A stretch of 64,000 nucleotides of DNA from Tubulanus polymorphus (lineage: Eukaryota > Animalia > Nemertea): positions 891,950-955,949 of the forward strand of contig NC_134026.1 in NCBI RefSeq assembly GCF_964204645.1, in the 5' to 3' direction. The translations under genes were made by a program, and so were the position numbers. The notes under the pieces are model-generated. The model was not told where the DNA came from. It ran no database searches and was given only the letters and a program-made list of their open reading frames with translations. Positions 38,001 to 51,785 of this stretch are shown here, in pieces; positions within the stretch are counted from its first letter, which is position 1; each line of letters opens with the position of its first letter.

Positions 38001-41000
38001 TCTAAAACATGGAACGTGGACAAAGAATAATCATCTAATTCTTCACGACCGACGACGGCGAGTGTGAAGCCTTTTAACAGAATAAACACAGTTGAAACGG
38101 ATGAAAGAACTACGATTAACTGTGGCTTATGTTTTGTTGTCGGAAGTTAATCAACTGTAATACAACAACTATACAGAAAAATAGACACCGAGAGGAGGAT
38201 CTAACCATAAATCTAGTCCGATGCCTCGCTCCGATGCCTCACTCCGATGCCTCACTCCGATGCCTCACTCCGATGCAACATTCCTGAAGTATATGGAAAT
38301 GAAAACACTTGAATTTACAGGGTTTGATATTAGCTGTATCCCAAAGGTACTCGATTATTTGTTGGAATGATGAAAACTGAAATAGAACAATCCAGACGCA
38401 TACAAGAAATTTCTCATTTCTGATGTTTAACTTAAACATAAACTTAAGCATAAACTTAAAAGGCTCCACCCACGACGGCTGTTAGTTTGTGGTCTCAATC
38501 TGAAAGTGTGGGACTCATTTGACACAAGTTAAAACAGATCTGATCAGTGTTTATCGAACCAACTTAAAGAACCTTCGAGACTTTTCGTCATCCAGGAATA
38601 CATCAAAATTTACGAGAAATATAAAGAATCAAAAAGGCTGATTTGAATTCTGATACAGAAATTAGAGAAGAGAGAATAATTATTGAAATCCGATAGAAGA
38701 GAACGGCTATGAATGTGAACTAGTTCGTCACCTGATTTGTCAGAGTTGGTGCTTAAAGTAAATTAACTAACGCGAGATATACTGAAATGTGATGTAAGAA
38801 TTATATGAGTTCAGCGTTAATGTGCGTTGTCACAATCTATCTTCACGCTTTACATGAACAACTTATGCATAGTAAGTTAGAATACCGCATTTGAAAACAG
38901 GTAAACAGCGCTTCAGAAGTTGCACCTTGATAATTCATATAAATATCATATACCAGACCACGTCAGTGTCCACCCTGTCAGTGTCCACCCTGTCAGTGTC
39001 CACCCTGTCAGTGACCACCCTGTCAGTGTCCACCCTGTCAGTGTCCACCCTGTCAGTGTCCACCCTGTCCATATTTCCATAGAGTAGACTTGATAATTTG
39101 GGGTACATTCTTTACGGATAATGATGAAAAGTTCATGAAAAAAAGTAGATCATATTTGAGCGACGAACAGTTAAACCAGTGCAGAAACAATCAGGTTTAT
39201 AAGACGACAGACCGAAAGAGAGATCGAGGGAGAGATCGAGGGAGAGACTCGGTGTCTCTGAACCGACATCAACTTCACATCCGTATCATTTCCAATTTGA
39301 ATAGCGCCGGAAATAAGCCGGAGTCGCACGAAGGTGTTTACTTCATTAAACAACTCCAGCCGAGAGTCATCCGGAGTCATCGGGATTCACCCGTCGTGTA
39401 AAACAGGTGACAAACATATAATAAAAGCGTCTGCCGTTACGTGTTAACCGTTGTATTCAAATAATAGAATGTTAATTTCCACTCGTTCTTTAAGACGTTT
39501 AATTACTCGTCTTTTTTGTAAGAATCGTCGTCACGTTTCATGTTTCTTCCCGTTAGATCTAATATCCTACAGAGTGAACAGAACGACCTGTTATTATCCA
39601 CGCTCTATTAGTTATAGACCTCGATTCAGTGGAACTTACATCCACACTTCCACACTAAATCATCGAACCAGACTTAAACACTTTATAAGTTCATTAAGCA
39701 ACTCGGTAGAAAATAAGAACTGCGTAAGAAATTGTTCGTCACGGTTCCTACCATTTTTCATTTCCAGGGACAAATATCAAAATTTCCAAAGCTACTAAAT
39801 GAGGAAAAGTAAATGACGTTTCATCGGGTCATCGTGAATTAGAGTTTTCAAGGCAGTACAAAAACCACGAGAATAAATTATCCCGACTTCATATCTGAAA
39901 TTCCTTAAGCTTTTTCACAGGTTCACACTTAAAATCTAATCGCTTTTCCAAGTCTTCTAAGACTTGGTTGAAAAATTAACTACTAATTTCTAACAACTTT
40001 CCCAGGATTTTCAGGAGCAATACAATTCCTAGATCTAATAGGTAAAATATCAAATCAACTGCTTACCATTTATCGTATTTGTCTTTTGGATTTTCGTCGA
40101 ATTTTACTTTCAATTTGCCGTTTTTCTCGTTGACTTTGACGACCACCCCGGAATACCTGAAATTCAAACATAATTCAAACATTTTGTCAAATAAGTGAAA
40201 ATTTGTGCAAAAACAAGAAGATAGCGGATCAGAAAAGATTTGTTTTGCTGAAATCGGTTAAAGTCAACCATTTATCATATCATCAATTGTGAAACCAGCA
40301 AAATATCTATGATATGCATGAATACCTAATCTGATAAATACGAAAAGTACAGGACAGAAAAAATGAAGAAAGTTATCATCAATGGATCAATCCTATTTCT
40401 AATTCGATGCAATATTGATGTATCTATACCCGGTACTAATTACAAATATACTTTATCAGGGTTTATACTATTCCTTGATTTTCCATAACTTTTCTAGGGT
40501 GATGTTCAAATCTCAAATGAGGTACGAGCTTAAACACCTGCAGGCAGAAATCAAAGTTAATAACTACTAAGCCTTTGGTACTAAAAAAACGAAAATACCA
40601 GATTTCTAAATTTCACGACTTTCCCAAGCTGTGAAAAAATAATTTCTAATTTCCAAATAATTTCCAGGATTTCCAGGCCTAGAACGAACCCTGTTTAATC
40701 TATTATAATGATTACTTTTTCAACATAAATCGGTGATGAAGTAATCTGAGGAAGAACAAGTATTCGCGGCGTGATTATCTAGCGGAATAGTCGTTAACAT
40801 TCGCATCTCTTCGTGAGGTATCCCCGCGAGGGTGCGAGAGGTATCTCCTCCCAGCACGACGCGGCGGCAGCAGCGTCGGAGCCAGTAACGTGTGAAAAAC
40901 CCATACAATATTGATGAGACACGGAGAGAGATGCGAGGGTGCTAATGACAAGTCGGTTTATGAATCCGCAGAGACGTAAACCGGCCCATGAAATAACGGC

Positions 41001-44000
41001 ATTTTATGCATCGACCAACTCATGACAAATGATCGCTATGAGCCATTTCGAGATATGATCGCGGAGAATGTAATGAAGTAGCATCAGTGAATAAATGATA
41101 CGTATATGAACAACATCAGTAGATCTCGTAATACTAAAACAACAGGGGCCTGAGTTAACGAAGACTGATACCCCGTAGAAGCGCATTTAAACTTTGCTTG
41201 CATGGAAATTTTGCTAGGCCTTTATAAATTTCATTTACTATCATTATCATCATTATTATTATAAGTATTATCATTACTGTAAGCATTAATAATGAAACTG
41301 TGAACAATGGAACTGGGTCCACCGGGAGCAGTGTCGTAAAGTCATAGCTTAGAATGAAGACCTGAATCTAAGACAAGCTTAGTTCTATAGCCAACCTGAT
41401 TACTAGAGAGTCGTAGTACTCATATCTACAGCTATGGCTATCCTACTCAGAGATTAGGGTAAATCAAAATTTGTAAATTTTGTTGCAGATTCTTTTTTAG
41501 GGCCAGCAGCTGTTACCGAAATACCTTCGGTAATTGGCTACAACAGGTTTAGGGACACAGATTTAGCGGTAAGAGCATTTGAAAATAGACGAATCTTCAA
41601 AATAACTTCTTATCCGACAAAGAATGATATGAATGTGATGGGACGATTCCTGCAGCTCGCAAAATTATAATGTGATCTCGCGCTGCTGACAAAACTGTCC
41701 AAATTTCCATATAATCGGCGGCGGTGGTGCCGGCGGCGGTGGCGGCGGCGCTGAGATGATGATCATTCGGAGAGGTGATTCGAAGCATGTTTTCTCAGTT
41801 CGGGGTGACGGATAAAGTGTCAGTTGGCATGCGATGTGAAAATAACCACAACATACGCTCGAAATGAGCCGACAGCAAAACGTTGACGCATTTGTGTAAA
41901 GAAACACTTCAGACATTCAGAACTACTGACGCAATATTCATAGTACGAAATAGCGCTCGCTCGGCTCGGAACGAATACTAGCTCGCTCGGCTCGGAACGA
42001 ATACTAGCGTCATAAAATCATAGAACTAATGATCACACGTTCATCTGTATTTATAGTTCAAGGATCAGAATCCGGTTTCACATTCAAGAGATGAAATATT
42101 ATTGAAAGTTAATCAATTTTGACTTTAACGTCAAATTCATCTGGAAATTTCATTGTTCTATTTGGTCTAGGTTTATGCGGCAACATAGAAGGCCATCTAA
42201 ATGCATTTATGAACAATCCAATAGGGTTTAGTCTCGGAAAACCAAGATTCAAACCACATGGATGTTAAGCAAGATAAAACAAAACAAAAGAACATTGTTT
42301 TGTAAACTCAAGACTGTGTTATCAGCAGTGTATGTTTGATGAATCACAATTGACGAGTTCCTCAGTTTTCAAACATATTTCAGAGAGAATATGCCAATTT
42401 TTTCTAATATAAATACAGTTGAACCTCGTTAATATGATTCTGTTTAAGATGAAACCCAATCACGATGATTTCCAGCATGTCCCAGCTATAGATATCTATA
42501 TAAATCAATACAAAGCTCGTTTAATACTCGACAATTTCACTTTCACCCACGAGATTCGTATTAACAAGATTCCACACTACATCACATTTGTATCAAAATG
42601 TATGATTATCATAATCTAATGCGACAATAGAATTAAAATACTAATTCATGAGAAACGATCGCTGTGCCGAGATCTGAGAAGTACTAGTTTAGTGCTACAG
42701 GTGGCAGCAGCATCTAGTCGAACTAAAAACACTCACCACTGGTCTTGCAATTTGGCTTTCACAATTTGTCCGATTTCTGAAAAAACACAGTGAAATTCTT
42801 GAATATCGTGCAATAAACAAAGAGTGAATGGTTAAAAAGATCGATGTAGTGAATATTGTTTTATATTTACCATCATCAGAAATAGGTTGATCTAAGTTTC
42901 CATTTACAATAGAATCTGCCTCCTAAAAAACAATGGATAATCAGTAATTTGGAAGAATATTTCAGAAGAACTATCAAAAGATACACGCACAAATGTATAT
43001 ATGTTCCTAAGGGGAAATCAGAAAGAAATTCTGCGGAAAAGCACATCAAGATTTTCTGCAAACAAAGTTCATTTCATAAAATTTCACACATTTTCTCACT
43101 ATATTTACATCAATCTCACCCCCCCCCCAGCCTCTGATATTCATGAGAGAAACTGAGGGCGGATTAATATTTATTCGTACCTCTTTTTTCCCTGATTTTT
43201 TTGTCGGAGGTTCGTCTATATCGGAATTCACCTCAGATGTCGTAGATATTTTTCTCTTACTGGTTGTCGCCGAGGGAGACGCAGCAGCCTTCGTTACTAA
43301 TGGCTGAAAATATTCACATCAAAATCATCGATCTCACGAATCCAACTTAAACCCAGTTTAAAATAGAATTTTCTAAGTTAAGGAGAAAGATAAACGCTTA
43401 CTGTTTTTTTCTTAGGTTCGTCGATTGAATCAGTATTTCTCCTAGTCGACCCGACTCGTGAAGACGGTGCTGCAGCTGCTTTTGTTACGGCAGGCTGAAA
43501 ATAAAATCGACCGATTGTTATAGGACGAATCGACTTGACTCCGGTCCAAAAGTGTTCTTCAATCGTAAGACTGGTCTGAAGTAGCAACTTAGATGGTCTT
43601 AGACTAGTTATAAATCAGACATGACTGTGCAACTGGCCCTTGGTCTAGAATTAAGCCTAACACTGATAAAATTGTGCATTTTGTCAAAACCCTTCTCAGC
43701 GTGTGTACCCAGTATATGATCTAAATTGTCGGTTTCTCTCAATGAATTACTACGGCGTGAGATCAACTTACTCTTGTTTTCGATCTAGCTGGCGGTGGTG
43801 GAGGTGAAGGAGACCGTTTTCTACCGCTAGATGTCGCCGCTAGTTTCTTCACTTCTTGCTGTCTTTTCGACGACAACGTGGAAGATTTATTATTATGGAC
43901 AGAGGGCGTTGTTGTAGGAGCGGACCGCGACGTCGAGTTACGCGCAGACGACGATCGAACGGGCGACGGAGCTCGTGTGAAACTCCGTCTCGATGGAGGA

Positions 44001-47000
44001 GGAGGAGACGGTGAATCCGGCGGCTGAGTACGACGAGATCTTTGAGGAGGCGGCGATGACAAAAACGACTGAAATAAATATGATAATGAAATAATTACCG
44101 GTGTTCAAAACATGAAAAGTTAAACCTGTAGACCTGGTTTCTCTTATTGTAGTCTTTTTTACCAAAAACTAGAGTAATTTGACTTTGAAAATGGTAGTTC
44201 AATTGAAAGTGAACAAGAAATTATCCTCATTTTGATGGAATTCCGATATTTTCGGCAGCAGCTGAGTTCTTATAAAGCATAGAAACTAGTTTCAAATACT
44301 AGTCATAGAATCGCTAAATTTTGTTGATATTTTGATGATAATAATGATCAGGCATATATGCCGCTAAACCAGACTACAGATATGCTTCCATGAATTCTCT
44401 ATACCTTGCCAGTGGTTTGTCCAGTTTCTGACTGCGATGAATCAGATCGGTATAAATCACGTGAAGACATCACTGTCTTCGTTTTCTTCACTTTCTCAAG
44501 TTCATCTTGGCTTCGTTTTATTTTCTGAAAAAGCGAACAAAAATAGCAGTAAAACGAACGTACGAATAGATTTCATATTCATTTCTTGAAATAATCATTT
44601 TATGTACGTCTTCTAAATCCTTAGCTTTTTGTTCGGCCGTTTTGATTTCCTTTTTCAGCACACCTTCTTGGATATTCATTTTTTGTTCCGCAGTTGAACA
44701 TCTGACAAACAAGAGAAAGGAATTCATTTCATTGATTTCAAGTCATAGAATTATAACCGGAGATGCCTATCTATTATCACATTACGTAGATGAGTTCATG
44801 CTGTAGAGAGCAACTTATCATGTTTATGAATAGACATGTGAAGTGTATATTGTTTTGATTAATTTTCCGAGAGCAGATTTCTCGAAATCTATCAAAGTTG
44901 CTGACGATGGTTTTCTCGTTTATACCAGGAAACAGCTTTGCTACCTGGTAAAAACTGGTATCATACCAGTTTTAACATATATCGTTTTGATACGTACTTA
45001 TTATGTGCAGGATCAGGATTCATCGAACAGATCCAATGTTCTGGAAATTCGCGACCGACATTGTTAGACGAGAATGGTAATATACGCCATTTGAGACATT
45101 CATCTGAAATTCATAAAACCACATCGTTAATTCAACCAGTCGTAAAAAGCATTCGGTTTCATCCTCGAAAAGATCAAATTCGGATAAACTTACCGCATTG
45201 TAGAGTAATATTCACTTGTGTTGCTCGTTTTCGTAAGAATTTTGGATCCTGCGAAGGGGGATCTTTCCAATTGGCGCTGACGTAGCCGAAGTTCTCCCTG
45301 AAAATCGATCAATTTTGAAACATTAATCACAGATCACATCAAATCTCTATCAATTCAACGAGAAATAATTATAGAATCTATCGACAGCGTTACATGTTCT
45401 CACCAAAACTTCGTTACTCCTTGTTGGACTGAAAAACAAAATGAAAATCTTAGCGTAATTGTATCATGAAATCATAATTACAGTCGAATACATGAATTTG
45501 AAATATCTAGAATGTTTTCACTTTCTGGATTATTGTAAACACTACACACCGATACCAACATCCTTCCAATATTGCACCATGTGTTCACCCATTGCTCGCA
45601 TTAAATGTCGAAATTCTTTTGCGTCTGCGAAATCTTGTTTATTGTGCGTTGGTTCCAGTACAAGATACGGCACATCGACGACACCTACAACTCCGCTACA
45701 AAACCTACAACATATAATACATCATTTCCATCAATCAAAGCTGAAATATTACAGGATAAATGAATATATTACTTGTAGTAATGATTTTACTGACTGATTT
45801 TAAAGTATAGTTAAAACTGAATATAGTTCAGGCCCCAGCTTCACAAAAAGGTTTAACTCTTAAATCGATTTAACTTAATCCCTTTTGTGAAACTGGGCCC
45901 TGGGTTTAAGTTGCTCAAAAGTTGGTTAGAGTTGAATGAAATGCTATCGAAACAATTGAAATTGCTCTGCTCCTTCGGTATTAGGACCCAGTTCTTAAGT
46001 ACCGAGTTCACATTTGACTCATTGAAAATGAACTGATTTTATCTTGTGTTAACTCTGAACTCACAACTTTTGAAGCCCAAATTTTCATATACCTCTTTCT
46101 CTCAGGTGTTACCTGTTTATGAATATATAAGATATACTTACACACCGCCGTCTGCTTGAGGTCCGACTTTCTGATACATTTTAATCATTCGACTACAGTT
46201 ATAAACGAACACTCCGTCCTGTCGTCTGTTGTCTATATTTATACCAAATATCAAATTCAATGTTTTCGGTTCCTTTAACGCTCTGAAAATAGATACCAAA
46301 CATTATATCTATTATTCGAATGTAAAAGAAGCAAGAATTTATAATTTCAACGTTAGAATTCTTACCGGTTTTTGCGTTCAGCTAATTGTTTCTTTAGATT
46401 AGCCTCTCTCCTCAATTCAGCCGATGTTGTTTGGGCGTTCCGAAGGTCAGCCTTATAAATACAATGAACATTCATTTGAAATACAGTGAGAAAGCGGTAC
46501 TAAAGATGAAAACTTCAAGACCCAACTTACTCTTTGTTCTTTAGTTCCTCCCGACAGACATTTTTGCGATAAATTCCTAGATTTACTTTCTGCTTCTCTG
46601 GCCTTATTTTCAGCTAAAAACGAAAATAAAACACAAAGCTACATGAATTTCTGTAGAGATATAACAAGTCTAGAAATGTGCAACTTTTATAACAACAGAC
46701 TCACCAATTCTGGCCTCATCTTTAGCTTTAGCCGCATCATTTTCTGACCTGGCTTTAAACCGACTAGACGCAAATTTATACAACCTAGGTTTATAGAGGC
46801 AATTCGCTAATCGCTGCGTGCGAACTTTTTTGCCTTGTATATAGAGTTTCATCCTCGGATCGACGTATAACATTGATGTATAAGCTCTGAATGATTTACG
46901 TTCAGGAACCAGTCTGAAATATTCAATTAGAATAAATGAATGAAACGAAGGGGAAACCTAGCTAGCTTTATTTCTAACACAGGGTCAGATTGATGAGCTC

Positions 47001-49819
47001 TGGTGGAATTTTCACATTTTTTCAAAAAAAATACCAGGATTTTTCGCATTTCAACACACACATTATTTCTACAATTTTCTAAGCATTTTCATCATTTTAA
47101 CAGATTTTTTAGCAGGTATCTATTTGTTCACAATTGTTTGCATCGATTTGAACCCTGTAATAAGCTTTACATCAATGACATCCGTGAATTAGAAAACAGA
47201 ATATACTGGACAGGGCCCAGTTCCATCAAAACTTCCAAATTATTTAAGATAAACTGAATTAAGGTACCTTAATGAACACTATCATTAACACTATCATTAA
47301 ATAAGTAGAAGATATTTTACAAACTGTCGCCGTCATATGAAAATTGTATACATCAAAATATTACATTTTGAGAAGATTTGATTCATAGCAATCGATAAAT
47401 CTATCTATCGAATTACAACCATCGAGACAAAAAATAAATGAAAAATTTTCATAAACTATTTGTAAAAAATTAGCGTGAAAAATTAAATACTAAGACAAGG
47501 AACGATATAGAAATTGAACTAGTCACAAAATTCAATTCAACAGGATTTACGGAATATAACAGATAATATTATAGTCTACATACACATTATCAACGCTGTA
47601 GGGAAATAAAGATACAGATCATAAATCATGAATCAATGTTTGTAAAAGCCACAATATAGAATAATTGTTTATTTAGACGCAACATTTCAAGAGATTTATA
47701 ATATCGAATCTAAATAAACAATTCGTTTATAATTGCGGGTTCAATTAGTATATAAACCTCTCTGGATTATTGGACACTTGAAATTTCAATAAATCAATAA
47801 GATAAAAAAGAATTCTAAAATCAAGACGATGATCTCTAGGGTGAGATCGAAACGTCATGTATTTTATATATTTTAGATTGTTCGAATAAATAAATACTTG
47901 GTTTTAAAATTCTTTTAATTTGTAGATAGTGGGTTTGAGTGTGAGTGTGGTGGTCGTTCTATTCAATAAATCAATTAACCTACCCTTCATCCGAGTCAAA
48001 CTCTCCAACTAGTGGATTAGCCAATAGAATATCCGTAGGAACGCTTTTTATATCCAATTCTGGTTGACCAGAATCTAACAGTTTCATATTAAATATTGTC
48101 ACTAATGTTCCCGATTTGCCTTTTATTTTGTTGAACTGCGCGAAAAATTCATCCTCGTTTTTATACGGGGAATATTTATATATAATTTCCATCTCTTTCG
48201 CGTACTGGAATAAAAACAAGAAGATATTCAGCGATAAAAATCGGACAGAAATAAAAGAACTTATTATCAAAGAAAAAACATTAAGAGTTACCAGGTTAAT
48301 CTATGAAAATGAAAATCGCTCGAATAGCATTTGAAATGAAATGTCTTCGTAATTGTGCATTTTTCTCCAATTTTAAGCCTACCTTTTCATGTGCGTTTGG
48401 ACCTTTTACAATCGGTTGCCGGGATTCGACGTAAAATGAAGGTATAGGAACAATAACCTAAAACAACAAATCATCAGTTAAAAAGAGATTATAATTCAGA
48501 TCTAAATCAACAGCACGAAAATAACATCTGCAATAATACAATAAATCATGCAATTTCATTTTTATACAAAAGCAGGATTTTTTCATAAGTTTGTATCTAC
48601 GGTATATAACCTCAGATAACTATTCTAATATATACGTATTTTAGTGTTGAGATGTGTTACCTCATCAATTCCCTGATCTTCGTGAAAAGTCCTCGACAAG
48701 AACAAACAACTTAAAGATTCTTCTTTCTTCGTAAACAGAATGAAATCATTGCCGATTCTCATCGAACCTCTGAAAATTTAAAAAGAAAATTCTCAAAATC
48801 TAGCGGCAATTTTTATCAAGGAAATTGACTGCGAATCTAAGGAATAAATAGAAATCGAATACTTACGACTTAAGGCCATTTCCGTACATTCCAATTAACT
48901 GCGAGTCCATTCCAGTTTTTTTGCTTGATTTTCCAAAGTTGACGATATCAACGGTTTCATCTGTAAATAATAAAAGCAATGTACATGTACAATGCACAGA
49001 AGGGTTAAGGGTATGTTCTATAACCGGTCTAGGGGTAAGGAAGGGTCAACAATGGGTTGGTCTACTTTAAGTTATAGAGTTGAATCATCGTAAATGAACT
49101 AATTTTAAATGCGTTATCGCGACTGGATCCGGGATTTTAAAATACCTGGAGTCATTCCTTCTCCGTCGTCGAGGAAGTTCAGCGTATATCCACCTCTCAA
49201 ATCCTCGTGATCCTCCGTGTATATTTCACATTTCGTCGCGTACGCATCCCTTGAATTATCGACCAATTCCGCTAGTGCGCCGAACAGAAACTCATGAGTC
49301 GTTCTTAAAAACAAAAAACAAAATTCAATTAACTTACTCAAATAATCAGTCATATTCACATCATCAATGAATAAACATATAGGGCACCAAAAATAGCTAA
49401 GCGATAATAAAATGCCATGTCCCCACTATTGCTGGTTAGTCCATTTAATTTGGTCTGTACCTGGAATGGGCCAAATTAATGCTGTGCACTCACAAATATT
49501 TTTAAATCTGCTCTTATCTGGTCCAGACACAAAACTGTGATTGTCAGGCAATTAGAGCAAAATTTCTATTCATACACTGAAAATGGTGCGTTCTAGAATT
49601 CAAAATGAGATCGATCTTAATTAATCTGTTCATTAAAAATGTACTGGACTGGACCAATTTAGAATGGACTAGTCTGAATGCTAGGCATGTTCTTAATAAT
49701 GTAGTGGGCACGTGGCAAAATTAAAATCAAATAATAACGAGGACAGGATTTTTTACTTACGAGTTAGTATGTAGATAATCAAAGCTCAGCTGAGCTCTGC
49801 TTAAAGTTGAGTACGACAT
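29037..49819 (-). CDS. MORC2: MORC family CW-type zinc finger GHKL ATPase, MORC2-like (~25 coding exons)
   Basis: N-terminal ATPase region: [40 protein letters not shown]...FLDDGEGM...[16 protein letters not shown]. Further motifs: LYVDPRM...LYKPR and [18 protein letters not shown] finger exons lie at ~45000-45300. Chromo-like exons are 42737-42776 and 40067-40156, followed by 33155-33316, 32571-32703 (TCLRYFLPP), 31959-32075 and the terminal exon 29037-29123 ([28 protein letters not shown]). The order is collinear with human MORC2 as recalled. Confidence 0.96.
30703..30747 (-). ncRNA. Minimal type I hammerhead ribozyme motif, copy A
   Basis: Minus strand GUAUUC-CUGAAGA-A-GACUAU-UAGGAU-AUAGUC-GAAA-CGUU-GAAUG: both catalytic boxes, a 6-bp stem II, palindromic ACGU in place of stem III, and stem I UAUUC/GAAUG. 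Confidence 0.75.
30770..30813 (-). ncRNA. Minimal type I hammerhead ribozyme motif, copy B
   Basis: Minus strand UAUUC-CUGAAGA-A-GACUAUUAAGAUAAAGUC-GAAA-CGUU-GAAUA, with a perfect 5-bp stem I UAUUC/GAAUA. It lies 67 nt from copy A. Confidence 0.72.
32858..32990 (+). mobile_element. tRNA-derived SINE head in a MORC2 intron
   Basis: A-box-like TGGCATGGTGG and B box GGTTCGAATCC at tRNA spacing. There is no closable acceptor stem, and the sequence continues into a non-tRNA body. Confidence 0.55.
38217..38277. repeat. 13-bp tandem repeat, ~4.5 copies
   Basis: TCCGATGCCTCAC repeated. Confidence 0.92.
38962..39066. repeat. 15-bp tandem repeat x7
   Basis: GTCAGTGTCCACCCT x7, one copy variant. Confidence 0.95.
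41955..42008. repeat. 26-bp tandem duplication
   Basis: GCTCGCTCGGCTCGGAACGAATACTA x2. Confidence 0.9.
45829..45902. mobile_element. Very short MITE-like palindrome (GGGCCCAGTTTCACAAAA family)
   Basis: CAGGCCCCAGCTTCACAAAAAGG...CCTTTTGTGAAACTGGGCCCTG. Related sequences occur at ~5605-5650 and 62620-62719. Confidence 0.65.
49410..49720. mobile_element. Degenerate MITE in MORC2 intron 1
   Basis: Imperfect inverted ends TGCCATGTCCCCACTA / TAGTGGGCACGTGGCA plus an inner inverted pair TAGTCCATT..AATTTGGTC / GACCAATTTAGAATGGACTA. Confidence 0.5.
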
Positions 49820-50580
49820 TTTTATCTCAATCTGATTAATTATCTGAATGTTTTGGATGATTGACTCTTGCTTCCTCCTAGTGATTCGCGGATAATTCAG
49901 GACATCATGATCCAATAATTGCGAACAACAGTTCCTCACAACAACAATGGCAATTGGATAATTCAGTAAGTTTTGAATTAATCAGTCTTTTTTAACGCAG
50001 GTTTTACTAGGCCTACTACGCTCCGCTATATATAGTCTAAAACACATAAACATAGGTTAATAATAGGCTTATGGCTGCGTGATGTATAAAGGGTCTGGAA
50101 ATAGCGAATTCATGTAGTAGTGTTGGAAATAATCCAGTGTCCAGGACTAGGATCAATTATTAATTTGCTGGATCGAATTGATTTGATGGTGACACTAAAC
50201 CAGACTTGTGAGCTGATCTACAGGAAATTTATCGATGATTCCGATTTTCTTGTAGGTAAAACTACACCGATTTGGTATATATGTTTGTTTTATCCGGCAA
50301 TATGTTTGATAAACATGGAAAAACCGCTACATTATAATGTATTTGCCTCTTGTTAGTCTCGATTTTTAGCCCAGACGCTAATGTGTAACGACGATTTAAA
50401 GAAATCTGGAAAAATAGATTTTCATTTTTCCAACGATATATTCAATTCCTTCTTCATGTATGAAATTTTCAATGGTTAGTTAAATCATTCCTATTTATTG
50501 AAGTAATCGAAAGTGGGAAATATAGGGTTTTGGGTGAATATTGAAAGATATATTTTGTAATCTTCGCAACAAAAAACAAG

Positions 50581-51785
50581 ATGTCAGCCTCCATGGGAAA
50601 GAAATTTTTTCGAAAAAAGCCAAATTCAAACGCTTCGACCTCGGATGAAGAGGAAAATGAACTGTTAAAAGATTGTATAGATACAGAAATGTTCCAAACG
50701 AATAGTGAAGGTTAGCTGCTTCACTATTCATTGATGATAAATATTGATTCTTTTTGTGTTGTTCGAATCGATACATTAGATTCAACCACTAGGTGGCAGC
50801 ATGTGCCGAAGTGTGATTATAGTCGGGCTGCGGCCCGTTTTAACCACTGGTACATATTTTTCAGTATCTAAAGAAGTGTCTAAAGATAATAACAAACCAC
50901 AGAAGAAATCAATTCGGTAAGCGCATTTCAGAAGCTTTTTATTTGTCTTATAAAGGATTTTTGGAATGTCTTCTTGCGCTAGTTATTTCATTTTGGCATC
51001 TTATTTTTAGAGACGTCTTGTATGGAGATAATGATATTGTAGACGAAAAGCACTTGTTTGAATCAACCCCAGGATTCAGGGATCATGTATCTAAGAAACT
51101 ATCACAATTTTTAGATAGGTGAGATAACTGCAGACGGGATTTCAAGGCTGCATTTTTTTATGCTATGAAAATGTTTTCTTTGATTTTAATGATGTATTTT
51201 TTTTCTATTTTTTGCTAGTGAAATACAAGAGGTGGCCTCAGTGTCCAATTCTCTCCAGCCAGATACAGAATCAATCCCTTCAGGTATCACCTCCAAACAT
51301 GGAAACTACGAATTCAATTTACACATGAATTATTTCTTACAGCACTATTGGCACTATTTTACAGGTTTCAAATTATTGTCTGCCTCAAAACCAGATGCCA
51401 TAAAATGTGCTGATAATGAAATTAAACCGATTGTAACTCCTCAGAGGAAACGAAAAGTTGAAAGCAGTGATAGGTATGCATAAATAATTAACTACCATTC
51501 ATATTGAACAAATATTCCTATTACTGAGTGACATTTTGATTTATTTCCAGCGATTCCGATACAGAGAAGTTTGCATCGATTGCTGTTACTACAGATTACA
51601 TTATAGAGAATAGTGCAATGCCTTCGGATATAAAACAAAAACAAATAACTATATCAAATAACTGTATTCATATTGAAGATACTGAAAGTAAAAAGGAACT
51701 CAAAGGAAATACGGAGCAGAAAGTTCCGGAAAAGAAACTCAAGAAGAAAACTAAACATAAGAAAAAAAAGAAAGATAATGATTGA
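50581..51785 (+). CDS. CUSTOS: Protein CUSTOS-like (C12orf43 homolog), 6 exons
   Basis: Exons 50581-50710, 50865-50916, 51011-51118, 51219-51283, 51365-51473 and 51551-51785 join in frame. Motifs TSDEEENELLKDC, KSIR, ESTPGFRDHVSKKLSQFLD (cf. human TTPEFRAHVAKKLGALLD), GFKLL, RKRK..SSDSDSD and a Lys-rich tail. Confidence 0.85.
50787..50802 (+). promoter_or_regulatory. CTCF core motif in CUSTOS intron 1
   Basis: CCACTAGGTGGCAGCA matches the CTCF consensus CCASYAGRKGGCRS. Confidence 0.5.
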
